Part shown: positions 38,401 through 52,453 of the stretch, one piece after another
How positions within the stretch are numbered: position 1 is the stretch's first letter
Layout of the letters: every line of letters begins with the position of its first letter
DNA from: Girardia tigrina
Taxonomy: Eukaryota
NCBI GenBank assembly: GCA_001938485.1
Contig: MQRK01248900.1
Location: forward strand, 1-64,000
DNA: 64,000 nucleotides
Direction: 5' to 3'
Translations under genes and position numbers: made by a program
Notes under the pieces: generated by a model
What the model saw: only the letters and a program-made list of their open reading frames with translations
What the model was told of the DNA's origin: nothing
The model's database searches: none

Positions 38401-38914
38401 TTGTTTAAAAAGAAAGTCGCTTGTTAAACATATATTATTTTTCATAATTATTAAGAAATATATTATTATATTATATATTATGAAATATATTTATTAAGAA
38501 CACCAACATGGGTTTTCAAACTTTTATTTTCAATACAGTCAGAATTGTCTTTTGGACAATTCTCAGAAAAACTCTCGTCATTCGACATCGTTCTAAATTG
38601 ATAATTTTNNNNNNNNNNNNNNNNNNNNNNNNNNNNNNNNNNNNNNNNNNNNNNNNNNNNNNNNNNNNNNNNNNNNNNNNNNNNNNNNNNNNNNNNNNNN
38701 NNNNNNNNNNNNNNNNNNNNNNNNNNNNNNNNNNNNNNNNNNNNNNNNNNNNTGTACTTTAAAATATAAATTATACTCGAATAATTATTTATCGTGAACA
38801 TCTAAAATACCAATTTTCCATCTGGGTGGGAGAAACACATTTCCAAATACTAAACTCAACATACAAAATTCAACAAACCAATTTCAACATACCAAATTTA
38901 AAATATTCCTCACA
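35500..38914 (-). mobile_element. Long AT-rich Gypsy LTR copy (TGTGAGG family) with nested inserts
   Basis: Ends AATATTCCTCACA at 38914. 38490-38605 matches 54398-54505; 36195-36232 matches the reverse complement of 51939-51977. Left boundary uncertain. Confidence 0.6.
37418..38011 (+). mobile_element. Putative solo LTR
   Basis: Near-inverted termini TGTTAGGATTTCG...CGGAAATCCTTAC; internal TATAAA and AATAAA; TSD not clean. Confidence 0.5.
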
Positions 38915-40008
38915 ATATTATTATATTATTAAATAATTATTAAGAAACTTAAGCATGATTTTGTTGCTTCTAAAAATGTATTTAAACTCAATAATTAATT
39001 ATAAATAATATCATATAAGTCATGCTTTGTTGCAGTCGCTAATTTATTGTATCTCTAAATTAATTAATTAATTTATATTTTCTTGACATAATTTTATAGG
39101 GTTTCAGTTTCATAAACATGTTTTTTTCTAAATAATTAGTTTTTAATTAATTTATTTATTCTTTTACCGTAAATATTAATTTTAAAGTTACAGAAATATT
39201 CAATTTAAAACTAGACATAATTAATAATTTTAACATAAAACTTCTCTTATCACTCAAAATCAAAAACAATATTATCAAAACACTTTTGTCAGCAAAAACG
39301 TCTGTTTTCACTTCAATAAAATAATAATGTCAGTATATCGAATTATTTAAGAACTTTTATTGTAAATGATTTTGATTTTAAAATAGTTTATCTGGTTTTA
39401 TTTATCGTGACAATACCAGTGGCTTTCTTGCCTTATTCTTGTAGAATAGGAATATCTTTCAGATAATCAAATTCGAAAACTCAAAGAATGTTTTTGATCG
39501 AAATTATGACTGACTTTAGGAAAAACAAGTCTTCCGATTAATTTTGTTAACGCTTTTTGATCCGTCAAACTTCACGACATTAATCTATTTATTGTTTAAT
39601 GACAATTAATAATAATGACAATTAAAAAATAAAAAATTTCTTCGTGAAAATCTTTTAACAATTCGTTATAAAAAATCAATAATATTCACGTAGACGCTAC
39701 CAAAAATTTGTAATCGCAATAATAATAATTAGTGTAATCGTCAATTGCAATATTCGTATTCGAAAACGAAATTCAAAAAAAATTATAAAAATCGTGTCTT
39801 TTTTTGAAAACAAAAAAGTGATTAAATCACTTTATTCAAATGTTCGATTTTTACTCGCTCGGATTTTGCCCAATCAGAGCGAGTCTTTCTCTCTTTTGGC
39901 TACTATAAAATTGGCACACAATCTACATTAATCGAATTTTTTGTATCCTATAATGTTCGTTGTCACACGAGCTGTGATCCACATATTAACAACATCAATA
40001 TGATTTTA

Positions 40009-40051
<43 letters not shown>

Positions 40052-41818
40052 AGTCTTGTGAACGCAAGTTTAGTATTTCGAAAATATAATTTGATTAAAG
40101 CTTTTTTTTGTAAGGATAGAACCTCATCCATTTCAAAAGATGACTTTTCTGTTCTACAAAAGGGTTTTGATTCACATTACGAACGACAGTTTTGTGAATC
40201 TCTACTAATAAGACACTACAACCCATNNNNNNNNNNNNNNNNNNNNNNNNNNNNNNNNNNNNNNNNNNNNNNNNNNNNNNNNNNNNNNNNNNNNNNNNNN
40301 NNNNNNNNNNNNNNNNNNNNNNNNNNNNNNNNNNNNNNNNNNNNNNNNNNNNNNNNNNNNNNNNNNNNNNNNNNNNNNNNNNNNNNNNNNNNNNNNNNNN
40401 NNNNNNNNNNNNNNNNNNNNNNNNNNNNNNNNNNNNNNNNNNNNNNNNNNNNNNNNNNNNNNNNNNNNNNNNNNNNNNNNNNNNNNNNNNNNNNNNNNNN
40501 NNNNNNNNNNNNNNNNNNNNNNNNNNNNNNNNNNNNNNNNNNNNNNNNNNNNNNNNNNNNNNNNNNNNNNNNNNNNNNNNNNNNNNNNNNNNNNNNNNNN
40601 NNNNNNNNNNNNNNNNNNNNNNNNNNNNNNNNNNNNNNNNNNNNNNNNNNNNNNNNNNNNNNNNNNNNNNNNNNNNNNNNNNNNNNNNNNNNNNNNNNNN
40701 NNNNNNNNNNNNNNNNNNNNNNNNNNNNNNNNNNNNNNNNNNNNNNNNNNNNNNNNNNNNNNNNNNNNNNNNNNNNNNNNNNNNNNNNNNNNNNNNNNNN
40801 NNNNNNNNNNNNNNNNNNNNNNNNNNNNNNNNNNNNNNNNNNNNNNNNNNNNNNNNNNNNNNNNNNNNNNNNNNNNNNNNNNNNNNNNNNNNNNNNNNNN
40901 NNNNNNNNNNNNNNNNNNNNNNNNNNNNNNNNNNNNNNNNNNNNNNNNNNNNNNNNNNNNNNNNNNNNNNNNNNNNNNNNNNNNNNNNNNNNNNNNNNNN
41001 NNNNNNNNNNNNNNNNNNNNNNNNNNNNNNNNNNNNNNNNNNNNNNNNNNNNNNNNNNNNNNNNNNNNNNNNNNNNNNNNNNNNNNNNNNNNNNNNNNNN
41101 NNNNNNNNNNNNNNNTATATATATATATATAATAAAATCGTAAGCAAAGATCGATAAATGTTTGAGAGATTGTCATTCAAATGTTATCACGTCATTTGGA
41201 AGACGAAAATGAATATCGATTTGAATGTCATTTTGAGAGGAAAGAGATTGGAAATTGAATATATTAAATTAAAAAAGTACAATAAATAATAAATTTCAAA
41301 TTCAATTTCGAATACGTTTCAAAAGCCAAATAAAAAACTCCAATAAATATTTATATCCCTTCAAAGAACACAATCAAAATAAGTGCTATTAAAAGAAAGC
41401 ACAATATCAAAAGTATTTTATCAATGTTATACCAGTCCTCTGAATTTTCATGTTTTACCTATTTCCATGAATTATTTCCATACTTTGAGTTACTTATTAA
41501 TTGTAAATCATGATCAGTTTGTCACGGTTTATTGGATTGATGTCAGAAATAAACGCACCACTGAATTTTCTGTTTTTCTTAAATAATATCTACTCAACCA
41601 AATATTTATGCACACGATTTTGAGATAAAATAGAATGTTGAAAAATGTTTTTAATATTTATTGTTTCTATTTACGGATAAATCTCAAAAAAAATGTTTCA
41701 AGTTATATTGTAACAAAAAATTAATTTAGAATTACAAAAACCTTATTTTTAGAAACTTATGCCAATTTGTATTCTTTTTAATTAATTAATATTTCTTAAA
41801 CATTAATATTTATTATAG

Positions 41819-41854
<36 letters not shown>

Positions 41855-41869
41855 AGAGAGAGCTTGTAC

Positions 41870-43120
41870 AAAAGTTCATGTAATTTTTTATAATAATTAC
41901 AGAAGAATTTAAACCATTTATGAACATTTAGTTGCTGGGGTGAAGCAAATGTTCGTTTCATTTTTCCACTCATATTTTCAAGATAACAAAGTATGTAAAT
42001 AGAACACATTTACTCGTCGAAATACAGGCCTTTATTTTCGATGTTCTACAACTATCTTTCAGCCAGTTGCTTCATTCCCCGAGTATACCAATCTATTGTT
42101 TTGGAAGCAAAGAAATCGCGGCACCCTTGTTAAACCTTTTTTTACTGAATCGAACTTCCACCTTTTGAGAAAATGCGCCATTGCTTGAAAGACGGTTAGG
42201 GATGTAGGCAGGGTATGGCAAAACTTTGATCCCCTGCAGCTCTTGATTTTTACCCCGAGTTAAACGTGTGTTATGTGCTGGAGTATTGTCATGTTGTAGA
42301 AGAACTCGGTTGCTATTGATCAATACTGGGTAACGCTCACATAGAATGTCTTACACTCTGTCAAGCTTCTGAGAGAAGAGGTTTGCATTCACAGTACGCC
42401 CTGTGGAACCAGCTCGAAGTGGTAAACTCCCTCGAAATTCCACCATACTCAGAGCATAAATTTACAATCGAAGCATCCTTGTTTAAGCACGGGTTAGACG
42501 GGCATACCAGGGTAGAGTCACGCATTCTCCATGTTGGAATTACAGAAAAATATCGAATGTCATGGGGGTGAGCATGCAATTCTTCGCAGAGATCAAGTCG
42601 TTGTTGTGGTTCGTCAGGAATTTATCGACACCGTCTATTGACAAAGCCAAGCTGATGAAAATGACGTTGAATAGTGGGTTGTGAAGGACTTAGCTCTGCT
42701 GATAATCTACGCGTGCTGGTGCATAGCTAAACCTCCAGAGCTTGACGTAGAGTGCTATCATCAACAACAGATGGGCCCCGAGCGAGGTTGGTCTTTTAAA
42801 TTGATATCACCACTTGAAAAACAATTGAACCCCAATTGTGACACACAAATACTGATCGCCTTTACTTCACATATTTCCAGCTGCCTTTAGTCTAGTAATG
42901 TCGCAAAATGACTCAAATTCTGTATTATTTTGCTCTCCATAATCTGATGAGAATAAACAACCGAACGTTTAATGAATAAACCGAAACTATTCAAGGAGAT
43001 TCGTCATACAATACCATAATAAATAATATAAAAATCAATAATTTCAAAGTAGATTATTCATATAAAATAATTGTCACAATGTAAGGCATAGAAAAACAAA
43101 AAACTTTTGAAAGACTCAAT
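41870..43120 (-). mobile_element. Degenerate mariner element
   Basis: NRVLLQHDNTPAH...QELQGIKVLPYPAY; TIR-like sequence at ~43090-43119. Confidence 0.75.
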
Positions 43121-43700
43121 TAATAAAAAGAATTTCTAAGAATCATTTTTAATCTGAAAATATGTTAAATTTCTCTTTGATAAATTTAAATCTTAATTGT
43201 TATAGTGGTTTGTCAATTTCTCACATGAAGAAAATTGATAATTTTTGTTGAAAAGTTCTTCAATTCTTGTTTTTATTACACTTTCGTTTTCATATGTCAG
43301 ACAACAATGAAAGTTAAAAAGTTAATTATATGTTTGTGTTGATTCGGGCCATGTTGAATTGGGAAGACCTTTTCGGCAAATCTCTTCGTGCTGACGATAT
43401 GAGGTAGAGCATTGTCATACTATACATAAAGAGTGATTAATGTAACCTATTAAGAACACCAATTTGACTTTTTATATTTTTATTTAAACAACAATTTTGA
43501 TTGTCCTTAAGACAATTTTTGTCAAAACTTTCGTGCATTTGCATTCTAAACGAAATTGATTAATGAATTAATTCTCATTATTTTTTTAGTAAATGGGGAA
43601 ATAAATATTTTATTAAAATATTTACTCAAAACTTATTATATAATAATTAAAATGATTATTAATTATTTAAAAAATATTAATTTGATTTATTTATTAAATA

Positions 43701-43781
43701 CAGTGTTTTAAATACGACGTAATCAAATGCAACAACGTCGAGATAGATTGCAACAACGACGTAATAGATCGAAAAACACTG
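43701..43781. mobile_element. 81-bp micro-MITE
   Basis: TA|CAGTGTTTT...AAAACACTG|TA, with internal duplicated GCAACAACG and CGACGTAAT motifs. Confidence 0.55.
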
Positions 43782-43859
43782 TATTATAAAAATTAATTAA
43801 CTTGTTTAAAATTTTAAAATTATATGAAATTAAAAATAAATTTAAAAATTACATATTTT

Positions 43860-44252
43860 TAGATAATAAGAATTCAAATATTAATCATCCATCTGGGTAG
43901 GAGAGACACATTTCCAATCAACATACACATTCAAACACAAAACATCAAACATTCAAAATATTCCTCACATCCCCCTCGATTTAAATGGCTTTAGCCATTC
44001 AACATTTCTAATAAAACTTCTTCCATCTTCAAGCTGTAACTCGTATCTTCTTTCATTATTTCTTTTCACCACTGTTGTGGGACCCATTTAACGATCATCT
44101 TCTTTTGAAACATTTTCCTTCCTAATTAATACTTTGTCTCCGACTTCAAAAATTCTTCTTGTATCTGTTTTTTGTTCAACTGCTTTCAAATTTTTGTTAT
44201 CTTCGTAATTGTTTTTCCACCAATGCCTCAGTTTTCTTCCAAATACTATCTC
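43860..44252 (-). mobile_element. Gypsy integrase C-terminus, PPT and start of the 3' LTR
   Basis: EIVFGRKLR...FEVGDKVLIRK...DR*MGPTTVV...RSFIRNVEWLKPFKSRGM* (one internal stop). PPT GAGGGGGA (43977-43970) abuts TGTGAGGAATATT at 43969. Confidence 0.9.
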
Positions 44253-45729
44253 GGCCGGGGACATACCAATAAAAAATATATTAAAATAATTAAAAATTTG
44301 GAAAAGGGCTATTTTCGGATATACCGTTGTAAATTTATAATTTTATTCATTTTTTTGTACGTATCCTTTTCCTCATATAAGTTATGTAATTGGATGTAAA
44401 AAGTTATAGTAGAATCTTGACAATATCAATATCATGTATACGTTATCTTTAAAAGATTTTGGACATATGGTTAAGGAAAAGGAAACTTTTACAGTATTTG
44501 GATACATCTAATGAATTCATAACAGCGACGAATAGTCAAATGACGACACTACTTGTTTTTATGTTAATTAAAATTATATTTTGAAAAATAGAGTCCTATT
44601 TTTGTTTTAAAAATTATTTTTTATAACAATTATAACATTTCTCAATGTTTATTTTAATTTTATTTCTGATTTATAAAATTAGTTTAAGATAGTTAACTTT
44701 TTTCATGATTGAAGAAATATTAAAGCTATTTGTAATCTACTTTTAAATTAAAATTAATTAAATAATATTACACAATTAGCAAATTTAGAATATTTCTAAA
44801 TATGTATTCTATAACTATTACCTGGTCGAGAACAGAGTTAACCGTTGACTCTCCTTTTATTCGGTATATGACTGATGTATGTGTTTGTAGTTTAGTTTAT
44901 TAAATATATTTTTGTGCAGAACCTTTGTCTTCTAACATGGTTGATTTTACTTAAGTTTCAGAAACCAAGTTGACTTTTATTACATATTACATACATAAAT
45001 AAACTTCCAAAAAGATACATACTGTATTTTATTCGAAAATAACTTGTGAATGTAACAAAGTTATCTTTACAATCTATGCGACATAATTTATCAAAAAAAA
45101 TCATTGAATATGTCCTCATATGAGGCGTTTCAATCACAATTATTTAATGACATTTTCATAAAGCTATAGAAATAAATAAGCTGCAAGTTGCATCAAAACT
45201 AAAAGAAATACGGCGGTTTGGCTCATGAGTCAGGAAAAGTAAAAAAAAAATCAGAATTTTATATGGCCTATTTCCAACGATACAATATTTTTTTAAGTAC
45301 GATTGCGATCGTTTTGACCGGCGCCGTCTTTTTATGGTTTATGAAATATCAATTTGGCACGAAAAATGTGTTGTTAATTGTTATCTTTGAAAATTAACCC
45401 ACAATACTATTTTTTTATTTATTTATTATTATCTATGTATACAATTAAGATATATTTTCTAAAAATAAAAGTTGTGGGGACTCCTAAAATATTTGTATCA
45501 ATTATGTTTTCGAAGGAAATCCATATTGATAAATATAAAATTATTATAAATAGAAAACAATTTTTATATATTATAATAATAAAATTTTATCTAAAATCAC
45601 AAGTCTGAATTTTCTTGTTAATTTAGAATCTAAATTTCAAATGTCAAATTTTTATTTTTTATAAATGTATATATTTTTATTTATCGTTTAGATATTTTTT
45701 AAGTAATACTTTTATAGTAATTGTTTTAG

Positions 45730-45955
45730 TTCAAAGGATTATCCAGAAAAAACACAGTACCCGAATACAAAGTTCAAGAAATTCGCAGCAACCATTTAAT
45801 CCTTTTACATTATAGTCTCTTCAAAATAATTTGGGACTGGTTGACGTTACTATCTACATTTTACATTGCAGTCGTCGTTCCTTACAATGCTGCCTTCCTA
45901 GGAGATAGAAATTTTATTGTTTGTGACATAATCGTTGAAGTTCTTTTTGGAATAG
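45730..45955 (+). CDS. elk: ELK channel exon 5 (S1-S2)
   Basis: Acceptor ttttag|TTC. Translates FKGLSRKNTVPEYKVQ...ILLHYSLFKIIWDWLTLLSTFYIAVVVPYNAAF...DIIVEVLFGI. Donor G|GTAAC; 226 bp, phase 0-1. Confidence 0.96.
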
Positions 45956-46164
45956 GTAACATTTGATACAATTTGATTTCTTAATATATTTCTTAATATA
46001 TAAATCAATAACTTTATGGAATAAATATTTTTCTCGACAAAAAACAATAGTGTTGATATCAGTTTAGAAAGCAAAATACGTTAAAATAATTTCTTATTAT
46101 TTATAAATCAAAAAGAACATTATTTAAATATGTTTTTGTACAACTTATATTTTATAATTTTTGT

Positions 46165-46212
<48 letters not shown>

Positions 46213-46439
46213 GTCAAATATAATGGGTCACTGAATAATATAATCTATTGTGTTTATTCGTTTCTCTTTCGAGTAATTATATCAAACACAAACAGTGAAA
46301 AAAAGAACTTTATAGTTTGAAACACAAAAAAATGAAGAATAGAATAAATTAGGCTATAAAAAGTAAATAATTGAACTTTTTAAAATTTTAATGTTATTTA
46401 TAAAAATATTTTTTCAATTATATAATACAATAAGGAAAA

Positions 46440-46720
46440 CTAGATTTTAGAATCATGGAAGAGAGTGACACGTGAAGTGTTATATATTAGATTTGTGAAT
46501 CCTAAAATTAACGTTCAAAATGCACTCTCGACAACTTTATTGAGGGTTTTTAAATGATTTATTGATTACATAATCACTACCGGTAGTATATAAGTAACTA
46601 TCTTTTAAAAATTATTTCTTCTGATGACAGTTAATCCGCCGAAATTAAGAAACAATTTTAATTGGCTTTCGAATATTAAATTCCAACGATTTGCCATTTT
46701 TTAAAATTTATTTATAAATA
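46440..46720 (+). mobile_element. Penelope-like element 3' end (GIY-YIG C-terminus, TATA, decayed hammerhead)
   Basis: ILESWKRVTREVLYIRFVNPKINVQNALSTTLLRVFK* matches the GIY-YIG tail (E..YI....P.lN); GTATATAAG; CTGATGA...GAAATTAA at 46621-46648. Confidence 0.82.
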
Positions 46721-46724
46721 TATT

Positions 46725-46755
46725 AATTTTTTTATTTTCTTTTTATTAGCTTACT

Positions 46756-46789
<34 letters not shown>

Positions 46790-47235
46790 GCTAGTCGGTT
46801 GCCCAATACACGAATTCGGTAATTATAAATATATATGTATGTATATNNNNNNNNNNNNNNNNNNNNNNNNNNNNNNNNNNNNNNNNNNNNNNNNNNATAT
46901 ATATATATATATATATTTATATATATCCATGGAATTAAGAAACATATTTTTGAAGGCCTTCTACTCAAACAATTTTCTTCAAACTTTGCACACTTACTCA
47001 TTTTCGATGACAATAAATGATTATGTAAAAGTTTGATGAAAAAAAACTTTTTAAGGTCCCAAAATGAAAAAGAAGTTCCAGAACAATATTAATTGAAAAA
47101 GATATACGTATAAATTATAAGTAGTTTATATTATTTTTATTGTGTTTTTTAATTAATATTTCTTTGGCAAAGTAGAGTTCTGTTTGCATAAAGAATGGAT
47201 AAAGAAAATTTATTTTTTTGATTTACTAGTTTAAT
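46725..47235. repeat. Dispersed repeat with an inverted copy at ~58250-58650
   Basis: CCATGGAATT...TTTTCTTCAAACTTTGCAC(A/G)CTTACTCATTTTCGATGACAATAAA is shared in opposite orientation. Confidence 0.8.
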
Positions 47236-47296
47236 CTATTTTTCAATGTTGCTTGTTTGAACTGTAATTTTGATTATTGTAATGTTTACCTTTAAC

Positions 47297-47667
47297 CAGT
47301 GGTGAGCTATGATATTTTTTACAAGGGGCTCGTTCTTTTTTTTCTCGCGAATCGTATGAACTAGTACTCTAACAATAGGTCATTGCTAGTGACATAAAAA
47401 AACAAAATGTGAATGTTTTTGATTCAAATTGATCCAAAGAACTGTTTTTTTACATTTTACTATTTCATAACAATGTACATTCAGGTTCAAAAAAAATTAT
47501 AATAAAAAACTACAAATGTATGTAATGAAAATGGTTTTAAGGTATTATATTTTCATTTTGAAAAAAATACAAGTTGTTGCCGAAAGGAACAAGGGGCTCG
47601 CAAATCAAAGAACCATTTATCAAAAGGCTCGCGCGAGCCCCTGTGAGCCCCTTATAAGTCACCACTG
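47297..47667. mobile_element. hAT MITE
   Basis: Perfect TSD CCTTTAAC; TIRs CAGTGGTGA / TCACCACTG; GGGGCTCG / GAGCCCC subterminal repeats. Confidence 0.92.
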
Positions 47668-50600
47668 CCTTTAACTATTTCTAAATGTTTAATTTATTTT
47701 TGATAAAACTAATTGGTGTAGATAAATAAAATTATTAGATGAATAAAAGTAATTTTAGAATATTGTTATTTGTTTTGAATTCAAATTAAATTCGTAAAAT
47801 TGAAACATGTTTTTTTTAATTCTACATGAAAAGAAATTCAAGTTGAATGAAAAAAAAACATAATGATTTCTTTTCTAAAGCTTTTATAAAGTTGATACAA
47901 ATTTCTGTCTGGTGATAACAGGTAATCCGTAAAACATAGACGAAATTTGTATGAAGACAACGTGTTGGAAAATGAAGATTTATTATTAAGTATCACATAT
48001 ACTTGGATCAAGATACATACAATAATGATCACACTTTTATCTAGCAAACAGTTTGCAAAAAGAATGTTTCGTTTCATGCTTCACTGATTTTTGATTTCTA
48101 GTGCAACGCTCAAATTATCCTTTGCTGACACTTGCTGATCTGTCATTATCGCATATGTTTTAATTATTAAGCTTAAAAAAGATTTAGTAAAACATATTTT
48201 CTGAGAATTTGATAAAAGAAATAATAATCTTTTACAAATTTAAAAACGAAAATTCAATTACTGACATGATATAATTGATTTAGAATGATAATAAATTAAA
48301 TGTTTAATTAAATGACAAAATCAGAACATGTTTTTGAGTAAGGTTATTTAAATAATTCAAAAGATAGTATCGATTAATAACGACATTACGTAGACCATAT
48401 ACTTCTCGCATGGTCAAGAATCATTAAGGATATAATTTCTGATCAAGTCGGTGTTCTTATTTGTTCATATGATTGAACAATACTGGCGGCAGGTTGTTTC
48501 GGAATTTCAAAATTGAAATCTTTATTTGTGATTTTGTATTCCTATTTATATTAAAATGTCCCCTTTCCTGCACCAAAACTAGTCTTTCAATTCAAATAAA
48601 AAATCATTTTAATCTTATTATGAATGGCAATATCGCTGAATTGTTTGACTTTATGAAAAGCTATATGTATTGAATTAAAATAGGATAAATAAATTAAATA
48701 ATAAATAACATTGAAACATAAAAATTTGTATTTCATATTAATAAACGAACTAAGTAGGCTTCAAGTTTTCATTTTCGTCATTAAATTCATTTAAAAATAT
48801 ATGAGGTATTTTACGTTCCCAGGTTCCAATTACATTTTGTAGGAAGAAAGACAATATTTTGAGAACATCGTAGGTATTTGTTTTTTTGGTTAATTAATAC
48901 CGCTAATTGTATTTCTTTAAGGTATATCAGTTTTTCTTTTTTGACTTTTTTGCTTTCTATCCCATGTTGTCCGTGGGAAAAAAATGTAACGGAAAACTGT
49001 TTTATGAGTAAAGCAAAAATAGAGTGCCTTTATCAAAATTATGAACATTTTTCCGATCATTAAATGTAGTATCTTGTAATACAACTTGAAAATTTCTCTA
49101 GATTACCTCACTCGCCTTCCCTGAAAACGGTGTTGTGACAAAAATAATAACATCTCTGTACCAGATATGTACTAGATATTGATGAAGAATGTCAAAATTT
49201 TCAAATTTTACAAACTTTAATCAAAATAAATCTAAAAAAATGATATTATTTATACCTACGTTCACTATTCGCTTAGTATGATCATGTTTAATATTATTTA
49301 TGGGCTACTAATATCAAATTATATATGAAACTTTTCCATTTATTAAAACTGGAATGCAGATAGTAATTTAACTTCTAAGTCTAAATTCATATCATTAAAA
49401 GTGAACACATAAACCCATTAACAATCGTTGTCCTCATTTCATGAAAGTGAAACATAAATTATTTTTGTTCGATTCACATTGAGGGGGGCCCATATCGAAA
49501 TGAACCCAAAAGAAAAAAAATTCGAAAAATTCGTGAAACAAAATTGAAGAAAAATTATTGAAGGATAAACATTCGGAAATCGTAGAATGAACAACGCCAA
49601 TCTTTTATCGAAATTAAGTATCGATCAGGATAACACATGGTGTATCGAACAGAACTTAATGACTCGACAATTGAAAATTCGTAAATTGATGAAGAAACGA
49701 TGTACTTCCTATTCGACCTTTGTGAGTCCGAGCAGTGTCTTTGTGTCGGTGACGTTGTTGGGTTGCTTTTCGGGTGTTTTCCGGAGAGGGGAGGCGTCTG
49801 AAAGTTTTGTTTCTCGTGGGTGTTTTGAAAGCGAAGATTTATCGTTTGTGTGATGGGTTTGCATTTTTGTGATTTTTGTAAAAAAAAAGATGCCAAAGTG
49901 GCTCAAAAAATTAAATAAAAAAATATTTGTCGAAAAAAATAATTAAAAATGATTCGATTTGTTTTATCGCATAAAATGGAGGAAAATGTGTTTTCGAGAT
50001 CGATTTGTTTGAATAGATCATAATTATTATGAATTTTTGGCGAAATTTAAATATAAATATGGAAAAATAAATTGTTGTTCGTGAATTTTTCCGTTTTAAA
50101 TGAGAGCAAAGTTGCATGAATCGTTGCAAAAGTTAAATGTATATAAATACGATCCGGCTTCGTTGAATCTGATTAAACAGAAAAGCATGGTGCTTGTGAT
50201 ATCTATGATTGGATCTATTGGAGATACCACTCCAAAATTGAAAGATGTTGAATTTGAGATTGAGGAAGAGATGATGGAATTGTGTGAACAGATCGATAAA
50301 TAAATGAGAGTGTTGTTTCACAATTGACGATTGATTCACGCGAATTTGACTTAATATAATCTTTTTATTATGACCAGAAAATTTGAATGATCGATGTGTC
50401 ACGAAATGTAAAACATTTCCATCTGGAGGCGCTTAATTTCCTGAGAAATGATTGTCACATGATCAATGAACTATTTGACCTCAGTCGTGAAGAGGAGTTC
50501 TATTCGTTGTATATGGTGGCCGACAAATTCCAAATGATATTCAACGGCGACGATGAAGAGCAGTATCTAAGGGATTTGTCAGGAAGCAATATTCTGGTGG

Positions 50601-51099
50601 GTGAGATCATATTTCGTCTCTCCCCACGACCTGACATCTGCCTCCAAGCACCAATGCGCTGCGCCACGCAACTACTGCGCTCGCTCTAACATCAACAATT
50701 TTCATGCTTCAAAATATAGAATGTTTGTGAGGAATATTTTAAATGGTTTGAATGTGTAAATGTATGGATGCTGTATGTTGATTTAAGTATGTTGAATTAG
50801 AATAGTGATTCTCCCACCCAGATGGAAATTGGTATTTTTTTATTTAAATTTAAAGGATTGACTATTCGAACATAATTAAAATAATCATTTGATAAGTTCA
50901 TATTTTTAATTTCACAATTAAAATTAAGTTTAATAATTTTTAGTAAAATTTAAATTAGATGCATTTTTAATAATTTAATGACATTTTTATTATTTTTGGA
51001 TTTATTGAGAAATGGTAAAAATTATTATTTTTTTAATTAATATTTTTTAGAGGTTAAATATTTTAAAAATTAACTTAGAAAAAATGTTCGAATAATCAT

Positions 51100-51619
51100 T
51101 GTAAATGTACATTTTCATTTTTTATTTTGTGTGTCATAATTTTTTTGTTATAACTTAAATTTATTTTTCAACATTGAGACGTTGGATTGGTATCCAGACA
51201 AATATACAAATATACATATCGAGGCAAATCAAATGTATAATTAAAATCAATAAAAAAATCAAAAACAAAAACGAATTAATAATATTAGATATTATATAAT
51301 ATCTGCAACAATCTGAATTTCAACCCTGTTCGAGGATAATTCCTTGGAAATAATAAAACCAATCAATTCAGTCGCGAAACAAATTATTTTGCTTTAATCC
51401 GAACTGATAATTTTCGTTCTGTGAGTAATTGTTACTGTAATTAAATCATTCAGTCGTTAAGACAATTATAGTGTTTGATTTTCTGCACAACTAAGCTTAT
51501 CAAAAAAAAGAATTTCTTTTTGATCAGCTTAGTTTAGTTTGTAATCTAACCATTTTTTTGTCTTGTAAACATAACAATAATCTCATATCAGCAGATTGAT
51601 CAGAGTTGTTACTTTTACA
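51100..51619. mobile_element. 520-bp solo LTR nested in the left arm
   Basis: Termini TGTAAA...TTTACA; perfect 5-bp TSD ATCAT; the empty site is visible in the right arm (~54521-54532). Confidence 0.9.
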
Positions 51620-52453
51620 ATCATGATTAAAACAGAAATAAGAAAACCAATTAGAACGATGGCAAACGATGAAAGACTTTCTGAGAGTTGTAATGACTCT
51701 AAATGTAATTGCAATAAAAATTCAAATGAGACTTGTATAAATGTTCTTAATAATATTATTTATATTTTGGTCAAGATTGACAGTTAAGATATTACTTTTG
51801 AATATTAAGTCAAAGATATTAAAAAAAAGTATTCTCCATTTTAGGATAGTATAATAAATATAAAAATTGTAGAAAAATAAGAAAATAATTCGGGCGTTAA
51901 TTTTTTAACCATCACCAGTATTATCATAAGTATTATAAGGTTCGAATTCAGAAGTTAAGCTCATAACACCAAAATTTTATTAATATAACAATGATTTTTT
52001 AAACAAATATTTCGAGGAACCTAGTTACTTTTCTTACGCAAAACATTATAAATAAAAATAAATATAAATATATATATTAATATCTCATTTACTAAAAATT
52101 TACTTTTATGATTGTATATTATGAAATCTTTAAAAATGAATCTTATTAAAATTTTTTGTCACAAATATTTTAGCACGTCTCCTATTACAATTTGTAAAAT
52201 TGCACTTCAGTTGTTCATCCTAATTTAAATATTAATTTATATTCGGATTTTTTATTCTATTTCAATTAAAATTTTATATTCAAATAAAGTTACATTCCAA
52301 TTTGAATTTGGAGAATTTAATTCCCAATTAGATTTTATATTCAAATAAAATTCCATTACAATTTTAATTTTATTAATTCATACCTCATTTAATTTATTTA
52401 TTTGAGAGATAAAATTAGGTTACGATACAATTTTAATTTTATACAGTTACTCC

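Noticed and set aside
40049-41180. Long ORFs of 323-364 aa (similar cases at 21169, 28186-28664, 38478, 46732, 61113)
   Set aside because: Artefacts of N gaps and (TA)n tracts.
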